A stretch of 50,901 nt of DNA from Acutalibacteraceae bacterium (GCA_045536515.1 JAZSNQ010000152.1:1-50901); one strand, 5' to 3'; shown: positions 1 to 10,077, counted from the first letter of the stretch. A program made the numbers and translations. The notes: generated by a model not told the origin, from the sequence alone.

Positions 1-1
1 G

Positions 2-1006
2 CAAAACCTACCTCGTACATACACTGAACCTTTGGAGCTTGCAAGGGAATTTGTAAAGGATAAGAAAACAGACTGTCTGAAAGTAATTTACGGCAGTGTT
101 CCCGATACACTTTCACAGCTTATACGCACAGCATTTGTTGCAGCTCCCGGCAAAGTGTTAATAGATGCTGACTTTTCTGCTATCGAAGCAAGGGTAATAT
201 CTTGGCTCGCAAAAGAGGAATGGCGTTTAGAGGTATTCCGTACACACGGAAAGATTTACGAAGCATCTGCATCACAGATGTTTGGTGTTCCGATTGAACT
301 TATTAAAAAGGGCAATCCCGAATACGAACTCCGTCAAAGAGGAAAGGTTGCAGAACTTGCTCTCGGTTATCAGGGCGGCGTACCTGCTATGCGACAAATG
401 GATTCAGGTCATCAGCTTGACGACTTATCCGATGACGAGGTAAAAGATATTGTTACTCGTTGGCGTGGTACGAATAAGCGTATCAGGGACCTTTGGTATA
501 AGGTTGATAATGCAGCCGTGCAGGCTGTAAAGGACGGCGGCAGTGTTGGTGTAGAGGGACTTGTCATAGCTCGTGAGTACGATTACGCACAAAACAGAGA
601 TTATATGACAATTCTATTGCCGTCCGGCAGAAAACTATATTATATATCCCCTCAAATCGGTGTAAACAAATGGGATAACCCCTCAATCTCATATATGGGG
701 GTACAACAGTCTAACAAGCAAAAAGGCGGCGGCAAGTGGCAACGCATTGAAACATACGGCGGCAAACTTGTCGAGAACATTGTTCAGGCTATTGCTCGTG
801 ATTGCTTGGCTCTTTCCATTGAAAGATTAAAGGCCGCAGGTTATGAGGTTATATTCCACATTCACGATGAGGTTGTCATAGAGTGTAACGCCGACAGCGC
901 ATCACTTGACGATGTTGTGAGAATAATGTCAGAGCCTATACCTTGGGCGTTGGATTTGCCGCTTGGTGCTGACGGTTGGATAGGTGACTTTTTCAAAAAG
1001 GATTAA
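2..1006 (+). CDS. Phage DNA polymerase, family A (C-terminal part, truncated by window)
   Basis: Frame open from base 2 (QNLP); motif A DADFSAIEARV, motif B RQRGKVAELALGY, motif C HIHDE. Confidence 0.95.
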   Translation, partial: QNLPRTYTEPLELAREFVKDKKTDCLKVIYGSVPDTLSQLIRTAFVAAPGKVLIDADFSAIEARVISWLAKEEWRLEVFRTHGKIYEASASQMFGVPIELIKKGNPEYELRQRGKVAELALGYQGGVPAMRQMDSGHQLDDLSDDEVKDIVTRWRGTNKRIRDLWYKVDNAAVQAVKDGGSVGVEGLVIAREYDYAQNRDYMTILLPSGRKLYYISPQIGVNKWDNPSISYMGVQQSNKQKGGGKWQRIETYGGKLVENIVQAIARDCLALSIERLKAAGYEVIFHIHDEVVIECNADSASLDDVVRIMSEPIPWALDLPLGADGWIGDFFKKD

Positions 1007-1015
1007 GGTGCTTTT

Positions 1016-1291
1016 ATGGAATACTATGTTTTCTATTCAGGTGATAAAGAATTGTTGGCTATTTCGGTTTATGGCTCTTTTCAGGGTGAAATCGAAGATA
1101 CAAAGAAACTACTTGCCCACGAACACATACAGGCTCTTTTGATGTTTGAAATCAATAAAAAGTTAGAAGAATTACAACGCAGAGGTGTTGGATATATAGA
1201 TTGTGAATATATGGGCGGTATCAATTATAAGATTGACGATATCGTTTATGAAATCACTATCAAAGAGAAAGGCGGTGGATCTGATGCGTGA
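1016..1291 (+). CDS. Hypothetical phage protein
   Basis: AAGGTG RBS, tightly packed in operon. Confidence 0.6.
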   Translation: MEYYVFYSGDKELLAISVYGSFQGEIEDTKKLLAHEHIQALLMFEINKKLEELQRRGVGYIDCEYMGGINYKIDDIVYEITIKEKGGGSDA

Positions 1292-1712
1292 GATACTTTT
1301 TAGAGGAAAACGAGCAGATAACGGCGAATGGGTTCAAGGTGACTTCTGCTCTCCTTGCAACATAGTCTTTCTTGAAAATGGATATGATGCGGTTCTGGGA
1401 AAAGACGATTGTCCTATGTGCAATGATTTCGAGGTTCTCCCCGAAACCGTAGGACAATACACAGGCTTGACCGACAAGAACGGCAAGAAGATTTTTGAGG
1501 GGGATATTATAAAGCACATTCGCACATTATGGGGAAAAGACAATTCGGATATAGGTGTAATTTTATGGTGCGAGAATCTTTGCAAGTTTTATAGAACTTC
1601 AAAATTTGACACTATGGACAAAGTTGAAATATGGAAAGATACAGCGGTAGATTATGAAGTGATCGGCAACATACACGACAACCCCGAATTACTGAAAGGC
1701 GGTGCGGAGTAA
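1284..1712 (+). CDS. YopX family protein
   Basis: MREILFRGK start, GQYTGLTDKNGKKIFEGDI and EVIGNIHDNPELL signatures; start moved to ATG 1284. Confidence 0.92.
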   Translation: MREILFRGKRADNGEWVQGDFCSPCNIVFLENGYDAVLGKDDCPMCNDFEVLPETVGQYTGLTDKNGKKIFEGDIIKHIRTLWGKDNSDIGVILWCENLCKFYRTSKFDTMDKVEIWKDTAVDYEVIGNIHDNPELLKGGAE

Positions 1713-1996
1713 TGGCTGAATACATAGACAGAGAAACGCTGTTAAAAGCAGTAGAAAAAATGGATAGGCTTGATAAAGAAAGCACGCCGTATGAATACGA
1801 CAAACAAGGCTATATATTGCTAATCGAAAACGCTCCCACAGCTGATGTTGCGGAAGTGAAGCACGGAGAGTGGACAAAAGTCGGAAGATATTATCAGCAC
1901 AAAGGTTGTCCTGTGAGTCCTACAGAGTTGTTTTATTGCCCTTATGAATATTGTCCTCGATGCGGTGCAAAAATGAACGGAAGGAACGGTGCATAA
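1712..1996 (+). CDS. Phage protein with C-terminal zinc ribbon
   Basis: MAEYIDRE...APTADVAEVKHGEW...YCPRCGAKM pattern; overlaps previous stop. Confidence 0.8.
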   Translation: MAEYIDRETLLKAVEKMDRLDKESTPYEYDKQGYILLIENAPTADVAEVKHGEWTKVGRYYQHKGCPVSPTELFYCPYEYCPRCGAKMNGRNGA

Positions 1997-2047
1997 TGGG
2001 AACAGGAGACAAACCGATTTTATAAAGGAAAAGAGAGGAACAAAGAA

Positions 2048-2332
2048 ATGAGCAGAGAAGATTTCGAGGGTTTAAGACAGCTTGCAAAAGCAAACCACGA
2101 TGCAAGAGTTTCTAAAACTCCGCAGCGTTTGAAATATGCTACTGAACAGCTTGACCGAAACAATATTACATACAAAGTGTGTAACGAAACCACAGGACAG
2201 ATTAACTGCTACTTTGCCAATGGCACTGTCCTCACGTTCTATGCCGGAACGGGTAAAATAAAAGGTTATGAACGGCAGCGAGGTATTAAAGCATTTATCA
2301 GAATATGTATAGCGGAGCGTGGTAGAAAATGA
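2048..2332 (+). CDS. Hypothetical phage protein
   Basis: GAGGA RBS; FYAGTGKI...RGI motif. Confidence 0.7.
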   Translation: MSREDFEGLRQLAKANHDARVSKTPQRLKYATEQLDRNNITYKVCNETTGQINCYFANGTVLTFYAGTGKIKGYERQRGIKAFIRICIAERGRK

Positions 2333-2505
2333 AAGTCAGAGAGTGTAAAGGCTGCAAACATTGCGAAAGGCGAACCTTTTCCACCTATCACATTCCTAAA
2401 AACTATCACCCTGTCGGATTCTCTCACGCTTACGCATATTGTACTCTGCATCAGAAGAGAGTATCCGAGGTCAGAAAATGTAACAAGGAGCGTACAAAGA
2501 AATGA
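2329..2505 (+). CDS. Small Cys/His-rich protein (58 aa, not in ORF track)
   Basis: MKVRECKGCKHCERR...; ATGA overlaps with both neighbours; GGAG RBS. Confidence 0.7.
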   Translation: MKVRECKGCKHCERRTFSTYHIPKNYHPVGFSHAYAYCTLHQKRVSEVRKCNKERTKK

Positions 2506-3263
2506 AGGCTACATTGAAATATCCGGGTAGCAAGTGGCGAATTGCCGATTGGCTTATAGAACACTTTCCCGAACACAAAGTATATTGCGAACCGTTCTTT
2601 GGCAGCGGTGCGGTTTTCTTCAAAAAAAAGCCGTCTTACGTTGAAACAATAAACGATGTTGACGGAAATATAGTAAATCTATTTAAGGTCTGCCGTGAAC
2701 AGCCTGAAGCTCTTGCAAATGCTATGGAGTTTACACCTTTTTCAAGAGAGGAATTTGTTGATTGTTACGATATGACTGTCGGCGATGCAGTTGAAAGAGC
2801 AAGACGGACATTAGTGCGTTATCATCAATCTTTCGGAACAAGTAACAGCTCAAGAAACAGTTGGAAAAACACACAGACTGCAGGAGGTCCAAGATGCGCA
2901 ACAATGTGGAACTATCTTCCGGATTCTATTATGGAATGTTGCGAACGCCTGAAAAATGCACAGATTGAGAACATAGACGGCATTGAGCTTATTAAAAGGT
3001 ACAATCACCCGGACACACTTATTTATTGTGACCCACCATATCTGCAATCCCTACGGAAGAAAAATATGTACGCTCACGAGCTCGGCGATGAAAGACACCT
3101 TGAAATGCTTGAAATCCTGAAACAAAGCAAATCAAAAATTATTTTAAGCGGCTACGATAACGATCTTTACAATAAAATGCTCCCCGATTGGCGTACTGAT
3201 ACAAAGCAGACTACGGCTCAAAGGGGATTACATAGAACAGAAAAAATATGGATGAATTTTTAA
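2502..3263 (+). CDS. DNA adenine methyltransferase (Dam/D12 class)
   Basis: KYPGSK, EPFFGSGAV (motif I), DPPY (motif IV). Confidence 0.93.
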   Translation: MKATLKYPGSKWRIADWLIEHFPEHKVYCEPFFGSGAVFFKKKPSYVETINDVDGNIVNLFKVCREQPEALANAMEFTPFSREEFVDCYDMTVGDAVERARRTLVRYHQSFGTSNSSRNSWKNTQTAGGPRCATMWNYLPDSIMECCERLKNAQIENIDGIELIKRYNHPDTLIYCDPPYLQSLRKKNMYAHELGDERHLEMLEILKQSKSKIILSGYDNDLYNKMLPDWRTDTKQTTAQRGLHRTEKIWMNF

Positions 3264-3280
3264 TCAAGGAGCGTGCGACT

Positions 3281-3448
3281 ATGAATATAGACGAACAAAA
3301 AAAACTGTTTGAATTGTTGCAAAATGAAATACTCAACCTTGACATAAGAAACTGTGATGCAGAGGTAACAACAGTAAAAATTGCTGAACTTGCCGATAGG
3401 CTCATTAAGAATGGTGTTACAGTTGAAGAAATCATACCACAGTTTTAA
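3281..3448 (+). CDS. Hypothetical phage protein
   Basis: AAGGAG RBS before ATG 3281. Confidence 0.6.
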   Translation: MNIDEQKKLFELLQNEILNLDIRNCDAEVTTVKIAELADRLIKNGVTVEEIIPQF

Positions 3449-3462
3449 GGCGGGTGAAAGGT

Positions 3463-3645
3463 ATGGCAAGAGATTATAAACCTGAACCGCATACAGTATG
3501 TGTAGAGTGCGGAAAACCTATCAGCTTAAATGAAGGTTGCATTTGGACGAAGCAAAGAGGTTTTCCACCTACTTTTATACATAAGGAATGTTACGAAAAG
3601 TTATTACCGAAGAATCGAGGGAAAGCAGATGGAACGCCAACCTAA
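3463..3645 (+). CDS. Small zinc-finger-like protein
   Basis: CVECGK...HKEC; AAAGG upstream. Confidence 0.6.
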   Translation: MARDYKPEPHTVCVECGKPISLNEGCIWTKQRGFPPTFIHKECYEKLLPKNRGKADGTPT

Positions 3646-4563
3646 TACAGAATATGTGCTGTCAACCTCTTACGGCAAGGACAGTATGGCTTGTTTGAAA
3701 GCTATATATCAGATTAGCTTACCTCTTGACCGCATCGTACACGCAGAGGTTTGGGCAACAGACACTATTCCGGCGGACTTACCGCCTATGGTTGATTTCA
3801 AGAAATATGCAGACCAAGTAATTAAATTCAGATATGGTATTGATGTTGAACATATACACGCCGTTGATAAGAATGGCGAAAAACTAACTTACGAGAAGAT
3901 GTTTTACCATAAGCCTGTACGCAAGGCTAAACCGGGGGGGGATTCTCGGATTCCCCACAATCAGAATACCTTGGTGCAACAGCCGACTCAAACTATCTGC
4001 CATACAAAGGATTTCCACTCACAAGGGGAAGTTGGTGCAAGAAGCTCAAAACGACTTATGCAGTGTGGCAGCATTTACGGATTTCCAATATCGTCCCCAC
4101 GGGGGGAATTGGTGTACCGCAATCAAAACGAGAGTTTTCAACTCTGCCCCATTCACAGGGGGCAATTACAAATACTGTGAGTTATCTCGGCATTGCTGCC
4201 GATGAACCCCTCCGCATTGAAAGGCACAAAGACAAGGCGATAATGCCCTTAACCATTATAGGTTGGGACGAAGCGTATTGTCGGCAGTGGTGTGAAGAAA
4301 ATATGCTACTTGCTCCTACATACACAGATTCTCTGCGTGGTGGGTGTTGGTTCTGTCATAACCAAAGTGTAGGACAGCTCCGACTGTTAAGAAAGAAATA
4401 TCCCGAGTATTGGCAACTACTGTTGAAATGGGATAATGATTCGCCTGTTACCTTTAAGCCTGACGGACACACGGTACACGATTTTGAGATACGCTTTGCC
4501 GCAGAGGACAAAGGATTGGTAGTACCGGGTGATAGTCGTTTCAGGTGGAAACAGGTATTATAA
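3629..4563 (+). CDS. PAPS reductase / DndC-like PP-loop protein, frameshifted as sequenced
   Basis: N-part (3629-4180) has SYGKDS PP-loop; C-part in another frame has YLGIAADE and RGGCWFC; joined through G8 tract 3934-3941 and three motif cassettes. Confidence 0.85.
3934..4162 (+). repeat. Poly-G tracts (G8 3934-3941, G6 4101-4106, G5 4158-4162) with three degenerate GGATTYCC..TTGGTG..TCAAA cassettes
   Basis: GGATT at 3948, 4009, 4079; TGG-TGY at 3972, 4033, 4110. Confidence 0.85.
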
Positions 4564-4601
4564 ATAACCCTTTTTGTAAAGGGCATAAAGGAGCAACCGC
4601 T

Positions 4602-7010
4602 ATGCAATTACAAACAGATAGAAAAATAAAAATAGCAGTCGGAACTAACAGGCGTGCAACTCAATGGATTACAAACGAGCTGCTTGTTTCCGAACTGTGG
4701 GAAAAATTGAAAATACCTGCAAGGGGAACTGAAACCCTTGCTGCATATATGAGCCTTAAAAAAGCAGAGCAAGATGAACTTAAAGACATCGGCGGCTTTG
4801 TGGGTGGTACGCTTATCGGTACACGCCGTAAGGCAAACAATGTTGTAGGCAGAGATATTATCACGCTTGACCTTGACAATATTCCGGCAGGTGGTACAGA
4901 AGATATTGTCCGCAGAGTTGAAGCGTTAGGCTGTGGCTACTGCATATACAGCACAAGAAAACATCAACCTGCTGTACCGAGATTAAGAGTGCTATTTCCT
5001 ACTGACCGCACAATAACTGCGGAAGAATACGAACCTGTTGCACGCCGTATGGCAGAGTACATAGGCATAGAGTTTGCAGATCCGACAACATATCAACCGG
5101 GGCGACTTATGTACTGGCCGAGCTGTTGTGCAGACAGCGTGTATGTGTATTATGTGGGCGATAAAGGTTTTGTGTCTGCTGACGGCATACTTGCTACTTA
5201 TGCAGATTGGCACGATATGACACAGTGGCCGGCTCTACCGGGGCAAGCACAATTCACAAAGCTTGCGGTAAAACAGGGTGATCCTGAAACAAAAAACGGC
5301 GTTGTCGGTGCTTTCTGCCGTACTTATGACATTTACCGAGCTATGGACGAATTGATTCCCGGTATTTATGAAGCAGTTGACACAATGCCCGGAAGATATA
5401 CATATATTGACGGTTCTACAACAGGCGGTGCAGTGCTTTATGAGGACGGCAAATTCTTATATAGCCACCACGCAACAGACCCCTGCTCCGGTAGATTGGT
5501 AAACGCTTTCGACCTTGTAAGATTACATAAATTCGGCGATAAGGACGATTCTACACAACCTAATACACCTGCGAACAGACTTCCTTCCTATACCGCTATG
5601 TGCGAATTTGCCCTATCGCTTTCAGATGTTTCCTCTCTTATCGCACAGGAACGCTACGAATCTGCTGCAAAAGATTTTGAGGGCATCACTCCCGATACAA
5701 ATGGCGAAGTTACAAATTGGGCGACACTGTTAGAGGTAAATAATCAAACAGGTGCAGTCAAAGCAACTATAAACAATGTTCTTATTATCCTTGAACACGA
5801 CCCACTACTAAAAGGAAAATTCGCCCTGAATGAGTTTGCTTCTCGTGGTGAGGTTCTTGGCAGCTTGCCTTGGGACACACGCACAAAGCGTAGATTATGG
5901 GATGATAACGATAATCAGGGATTGTATTGGTATCTTGAAAAGGTTTATAAGATTACAGGCAATGGAAAGATTGACGGAGCTTTGTCGCTTCACTCCAATA
6001 AGTTTGCTTTTAATGATATACAAAACTATCTCAGGGGACTTAAAGGAAAATGGGACGGACAGCCACGCCTTGATACATTGTTCGTGGATTATCTCGGTGC
6101 AAAGGACACAGCATATAACAGAGCCGTAACAAGAAAAGCATTTGCGGCAGCAGTTGCAAGAGCCATGACACCCGGTTGCAAGTATGACAATATGGTTATT
6201 CTTGCAGGTCCGCAGGGTATCGGTAAAAGTACACTCTTGGATAAAATGAGCCGAGGTTGGTTCAACGATAGCATCAGAACCTTTGAGGGAAAAGAAGCAT
6301 CAGAGCTTTTGCAGGGCGTATGGCTTGTTGAGGTATCAGAGCTTGATGCGTTCCGTAAAACAGATGTAAGCCGTATAAAGCAGTTTTTGTCGCTGCGTGC
6401 TGACCGCTTTCGTGCTGCATACGGCAGAAATGTAAAAGAGATTCCACGCTCTTGCATATTCTTCGGCACAACAAATACGCCTGACTTTCTTCAGGACACA
6501 ACAGGTAACCGCCGCTTTTGGCCGATAGACACAGGTGAGGTCAGACACACCAAAAACGTATGGAACGACCTAACCGATGAAGAAATAGACCAACTGTGGG
6601 CAGAAGCCTTTGTGCGTTGGCAGCTTAACGAGCCTTTATTCCTGACAGGTGCTATTGAGGAAGAAGCAAAGCTCAAACAGGAAGAACACAGAGAGGTATC
6701 AAGCCGTGAGGGTGTTGTCCGTGAATTTCTTGAAAGACAAGTGCCTGAAGATTGGAACAAATGGACGCTTGACAAACGCAGAATGTTTTGGGCAGGTGGC
6801 GTACAGGATAGCGTAATACTTGTTGACCGTGACAGAGTTTGTGCGTTAGAGGTATGGTGCGAAGCTCTTGGCGGCAGTATGCGAGAAATGAAACCTGCGG
6901 ACACAAGAGAGCTGAATGCTATAATCGCTGCTATTCCTGAATGGCAAAAATCAGCAAGTGCGGTGCGTATGGGAACATACGGCGTACAGCGTGGATTTGT
7001 TAAAAAATAA
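4602..7010 (+). CDS. Primase-helicase, VirE/VapE family
   Basis: LDLD primase motif, Walker A GPQGIGKST, GTTN..FLQDTTGNRRFWP; AAGGAG RBS. Confidence 0.92.
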   Translation: MQLQTDRKIKIAVGTNRRATQWITNELLVSELWEKLKIPARGTETLAAYMSLKKAEQDELKDIGGFVGGTLIGTRRKANNVVGRDIITLDLDNIPAGGTEDIVRRVEALGCGYCIYSTRKHQPAVPRLRVLFPTDRTITAEEYEPVARRMAEYIGIEFADPTTYQPGRLMYWPSCCADSVYVYYVGDKGFVSADGILATYADWHDMTQWPALPGQAQFTKLAVKQGDPETKNGVVGAFCRTYDIYRAMDELIPGIYEAVDTMPGRYTYIDGSTTGGAVLYEDGKFLYSHHATDPCSGRLVNAFDLVRLHKFGDKDDSTQPNTPANRLPSYTAMCEFALSLSDVSSLIAQERYESAAKDFEGITPDTNGEVTNWATLLEVNNQTGAVKATINNVLIILEHDPLLKGKFALNEFASRGEVLGSLPWDTRTKRRLWDDNDNQGLYWYLEKVYKITGNGKIDGALSLHSNKFAFNDIQNYLRGLKGKWDGQPRLDTLFVDYLGAKDTAYNRAVTRKAFAAAVARAMTPGCKYDNMVILAGPQGIGKSTLLDKMSRGWFNDSIRTFEGKEASELLQGVWLVEVSELDAFRKTDVSRIKQFLSLRADRFRAAYGRNVKEIPRSCIFFGTTNTPDFLQDTTGNRRFWPIDTGEVRHTKNVWNDLTDEEIDQLWAEAFVRWQLNEPLFLTGAIEEEAKLKQEEHREVSSREGVVREFLERQVPEDWNKWTLDKRRMFWAGGVQDSVILVDRDRVCALEVWCEALGGSMREMKPADTRELNAIIAAIPEWQKSASAVRMGTYGVQRGFVKK

Positions 7011-7256
7011 GTGTAACAAATAGGTGTAACATTATAAAAACGATGTCAAATTGTTACTGTAACAAAAATACAAGTGTTACACCTTTTGTTACAGTTAATG
7101 TTACACTTGAAAATCGCATAAAATAAGGTTTTTTTTAGTTTTGTAACATTGTAACATTATTTTCCTATTAACTATAAAATAGGCAGTTTAGAGAGAAAAA
7201 TTGCGCCCTATACACCCACATACGCATATAGAGAAAATTTATGTAACATTGTTACA
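7011..7256. repeat. Putative phage replication origin (GTAAC/GTTAC iterons)
   Basis: Non-coding AT-rich gap after primase with about 11 TGTAAC/TGTTAC units in both orientations. Confidence 0.75.
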
Positions 7257-7280
7257 GGCGTTAATTTCGGAGGTAAAAAA

Positions 7281-7571
7281 ATGCTTGAATCAGAGGTTGA
7301 GAAAAAACTATGTAAAAGAGTTAAAGACGAATTACACGGCAGAGCTTTGAAATTTGTAAGTCCGGGTTTCAACGGAGTACCTGACCGCATTGTTTTAGTG
7401 CCATTGGGACGTATCTTCTTTGTAGAAACAAAAGCACCCGGAAAAAATCTACGGAAGCTGCAAAGGTGGGTTCGAGAATTGATACAGGGTTTAGGCTTTA
7501 TCGTTTTAAGGGTTGACACAGTAGAAAAGGTCAACGATTTCATAAGGCAGGTGCAAGAGAATGAAATATGA
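7281..7571 (+). CDS. VRR-NUC domain nuclease
   Basis: KFVSPG..GVPDR..FVETKAPG; GGAGGT RBS. Confidence 0.92.
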   Translation: MLESEVEKKLCKRVKDELHGRALKFVSPGFNGVPDRIVLVPLGRIFFVETKAPGKNLRKLQRWVRELIQGLGFIVLRVDTVEKVNDFIRQVQENEI

Positions 7572-8937
7572 GCCACACAATTATCAGGCGTATTGTATTC
7601 AGAGGATTGTGGAAGATGAGGCGATAGGGCTGTTTCTTCGTCCCGGTTTAGGTAAAACCTCTATTACGTTATCCGCAATAAACCTTTTGAAATATTATCG
7701 GTGGAGCATATCAAAAGCATTGGTTGTTGCACCGAAAAAGGTCGCAGAAGCTACTTGGAGCAAGGAAAGCAACAAATGGGATCACACAAAGCATTTAAGA
7801 GTTTCCACTATTCTTGGTACGCAAAAGCAAAGAATCAAAGCACTTAATACACCTGCTGACATTTATGTTATTAACAGAGAGAATATCCCTTGGCTTGTGG
7901 ATTATTATAAACAAGCGTGGCCGTTTGATATGGTAGTGCTTGATGAAAGTACAAGCTTTAAGAACTCACGCAGCAAAAGGTTTAAGGCGTTAAAGTTGGT
8001 ACGCAGGTTCATAAAAAAGATTGTACTTTTAACAGGTACACCGTCTGCAAAGGACATTATGGACTTGTGGGCACAGGTTTATTTGCTTGATGAGGGCAAA
8101 AGGCTCGGGCGTACAATTACACAGTTCCGGGAAATGTATTTTGATTGCAATACACACGGCGGCCATTTTACAGAGTACACGGCAAAGGACGGAGCTGAAG
8201 ATGCAGTATTAAACGCAATCAAAGATATTTGCATCAGCATGAAAGCAGAGGACTATTTGGAATTGCCTGACCTTATCACGCACGACATTCCTGTTGAATT
8301 AGATAGCAAAAGCCGCAAAGCCTACAATCAGTTTGAGCGTGAAATGCTGCTTGAGATTGATGAGGAAGTCGTTACAGCATCTATGGCAGGTGTTCTTACA
8401 GGAAAGTTGCAGCAGTTTTGCAGTGGTGCGATATACAACGAGGATAAAAAGGTTATTCCGCTTCACGAATGTAAAATTGATGCTTATATGGAGCTGCTTG
8501 AAAGAATTGACGGTGAACGGTGTATTACTTTTTACGGATTTCAACACGACAGGGACAGAATTTTGGAAGCATTATCAAGAACAAAATTGCGTGTGCGTGT
8601 TTATAAGAATACACAAGACGAGGACGACTGGAATGCCGGAAACATTGACGTACTTTTGGTACACCCTGCAAGCTGTGCATACGGTCTTAATCTTCAAGCA
8701 GGCGGTCAGCATATTATTTGGTTTACGCCTAATTGGAGTTTTGAACTTAACGACCAAGGCATCTGCCGTCTGTATCGGCAGGGTTCGCCGTATAACAAAG
8801 TATATGTGCATTACTTAATTGTTACCGATAGCGTTGACGAAGACGTAAAGGCTGCGATAGCAAATCGGGAGCAGACACATGAAAGTATCATGAATGTGCT
8901 GAAAGCACGAATCAAGAAAGTAAAAGGTCGGGAGTGA
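7561..8937 (+). CDS. SNF2-family helicase
   Basis: GLGKT, VLDES, LTGTP, GLNLQ, RLYRQG motifs. Confidence 0.92.
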   Translation: MKYEPHNYQAYCIQRIVEDEAIGLFLRPGLGKTSITLSAINLLKYYRWSISKALVVAPKKVAEATWSKESNKWDHTKHLRVSTILGTQKQRIKALNTPADIYVINRENIPWLVDYYKQAWPFDMVVLDESTSFKNSRSKRFKALKLVRRFIKKIVLLTGTPSAKDIMDLWAQVYLLDEGKRLGRTITQFREMYFDCNTHGGHFTEYTAKDGAEDAVLNAIKDICISMKAEDYLELPDLITHDIPVELDSKSRKAYNQFEREMLLEIDEEVVTASMAGVLTGKLQQFCSGAIYNEDKKVIPLHECKIDAYMELLERIDGERCITFYGFQHDRDRILEALSRTKLRVRVYKNTQDEDDWNAGNIDVLLVHPASCAYGLNLQAGGQHIIWFTPNWSFELNDQGICRLYRQGSPYNKVYVHYLIVTDSVDEDVKAAIANREQTHESIMNVLKARIKKVKGRE

Positions 8938-8942
8938 TTGAT

Positions 8943-9227
8943 ATGTTTAAAAAGCGCAAAGGAATACATATCCCGTACAACAAGCAAGGTCTTATCTACT
9001 TTATTTGTGTAAACGTGAAGGACATGCCGGAAGAAGTGCAGCAGAAGATATTGAATCTCTGCATTGAAGCCGGTAAGGAAGATTACAAAGCTTTGTACGA
9101 GGTTGTAACAAACGACAAGAAATCCATTTTAAGTATTTCACTTGAGTATTTTCTGAGTGAGAAGAAACTATATTCTCTCAGAAAAGAATTTTATGAAAAG
9201 TGGAACAACACAAAAGGCACGCCATAA
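8943..9227 (+). CDS. Putative late-gene transcriptional regulator
   Basis: Last gene of replication operon; C-terminal HTH-like segment (SEKKLYSLRKEFY). Confidence 0.5.
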   Translation: MFKKRKGIHIPYNKQGLIYFICVNVKDMPEEVQQKILNLCIEAGKEDYKALYEVVTNDKKSILSISLEYFLSEKKLYSLRKEFYEKWNNTKGTP

Positions 9228-9240
9228 CCGGCGTGCCTTT
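9213..9240. terminator. Bidirectional intrinsic terminator
   Basis: AAAGGCACGCC-ataacc-GGCGTGCCTTT between convergent genes. Confidence 0.8.
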
Positions 9241-9244
9241 CAGG

Positions 9245-9439
9245 TCAGAGCTGCAACAGTTTTTCCATTTGAGTACCGAGTGCCTGAGCTAACTTGTAAA
9301 GGGTTAGAGCTGAGGTTTTATTGATGTCCCTAAATCCCTGTTCATAATGCTGAATCGTGCGGACATTTATTTCTGCTTTGTTTGCAAGTTCTGATTGGCT
9401 CATACCTGTACCAAGACGAATTTGTTTGAGATTATTCAA
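9245..9439 (-). CDS. XRE-family HTH regulator
   Basis: LKQIR..GMSQSELA....RTIQHYEQG..LYKLAQAL. Confidence 0.88.
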   Translation of the reverse strand: MNNLKQIRLGTGMSQSELANKAEINVRTIQHYEQGFRDINKTSALTLYKLAQALGTQMEKLLQL

Positions 9440-9462
9440 TGTAACACCCCCGTTTGTTTTAT

Positions 9463-9491
9463 ATTATACACCTGCGGGTGTAAAAAATCAA
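9463..9491 (-). promoter_or_regulatory. Sigma-A promoter with overlapping operator TACACCTGCGGGTGTA
   Basis: TTGATT-17-TATAAT on minus strand; palindrome 9467-9482. Confidence 0.75.
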
Positions 9492-9919
9492 TACAGTTGC
9501 TTAAAGGCTGTTATTATGATGTCCCTGAGCGGTGTTTCGTCTGCCGATGTTTTGAATTCACCCCAATCGTTATTGCGACCGCAGTAGTTTGTAACCTCGT
9601 ATTCGGTTTCACCTATTTTGATTTTCATATAGATGCTTGCACCGTAGGTGTGTTCAGATGTTTTAGATGCCGTTTTGATGTCGCAGAATTTTGTAAATTC
9701 ATCGTAGCTATAAACCTCTAAGTATTTGTGCTTTGAATAATCGTATTTTTCTAAGGTTGCACCTTCGACCTCATCAGGTGTGATGATGTATCCGATTTTA
9801 CCACGAGTGTATATGTGGATACCGTAAGCGGTTGAATGTTTGTAGCCATTCACTCTGTCTTTTGGTATGGCTACTCTTAATTCATTGTTCATTATTGGTT
9901 GTAATCTCATAACTCTCAT
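9488..9919 (-). CDS. Hypothetical protein
   Basis: AAGGAG RBS; 143 aa. Confidence 0.7.
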   Translation of the reverse strand: MRVMRLQPIMNNELRVAIPKDRVNGYKHSTAYGIHIYTRGKIGYIITPDEVEGATLEKYDYSKHKYLEVYSYDEFTKFCDIKTASKTSEHTYGASIYMKIKIGETEYEVTNYCGRNNDWGEFKTSADETPLRDIIITAFKQLY

Positions 9920-10077
9920 ATTTTACACTCCTTTGCTTTAAGCATTGCCGGTCTGTTAAATTCATACCTTGTTGGGCAACCTGCGAAAACACACCTTTCA
10001 CAGATTTTGGTGCGTGTGTTCTTGCAGGTATCGCACCAAAGCTTTTGTCTATCTTCCTGAACCATCGTATTATTCAT
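9916..10077 (-). CDS. Small Cys-rich protein (53 aa, not in ORF track)
   Basis: AGAAAGGA RBS; MNNTMVQEDRQKLWCDTCK...CERC; stop overlaps next ATG. Confidence 0.65.
   Translation of the reverse strand: MNNTMVQEDRQKLWCDTCKNTRTKICERCVFAGCPTRYEFNRPAMLKAKECKI

Noticed and set aside
1016-1291. Possible fusion of two genes by deletion
   Set aside because: The halves look unrelated but this cannot be supported without homologues.
7011-7256. CRISPR array
   Set aside because: Repeats are 5-6 bp, irregularly spaced, in both orientations; no cas genes.
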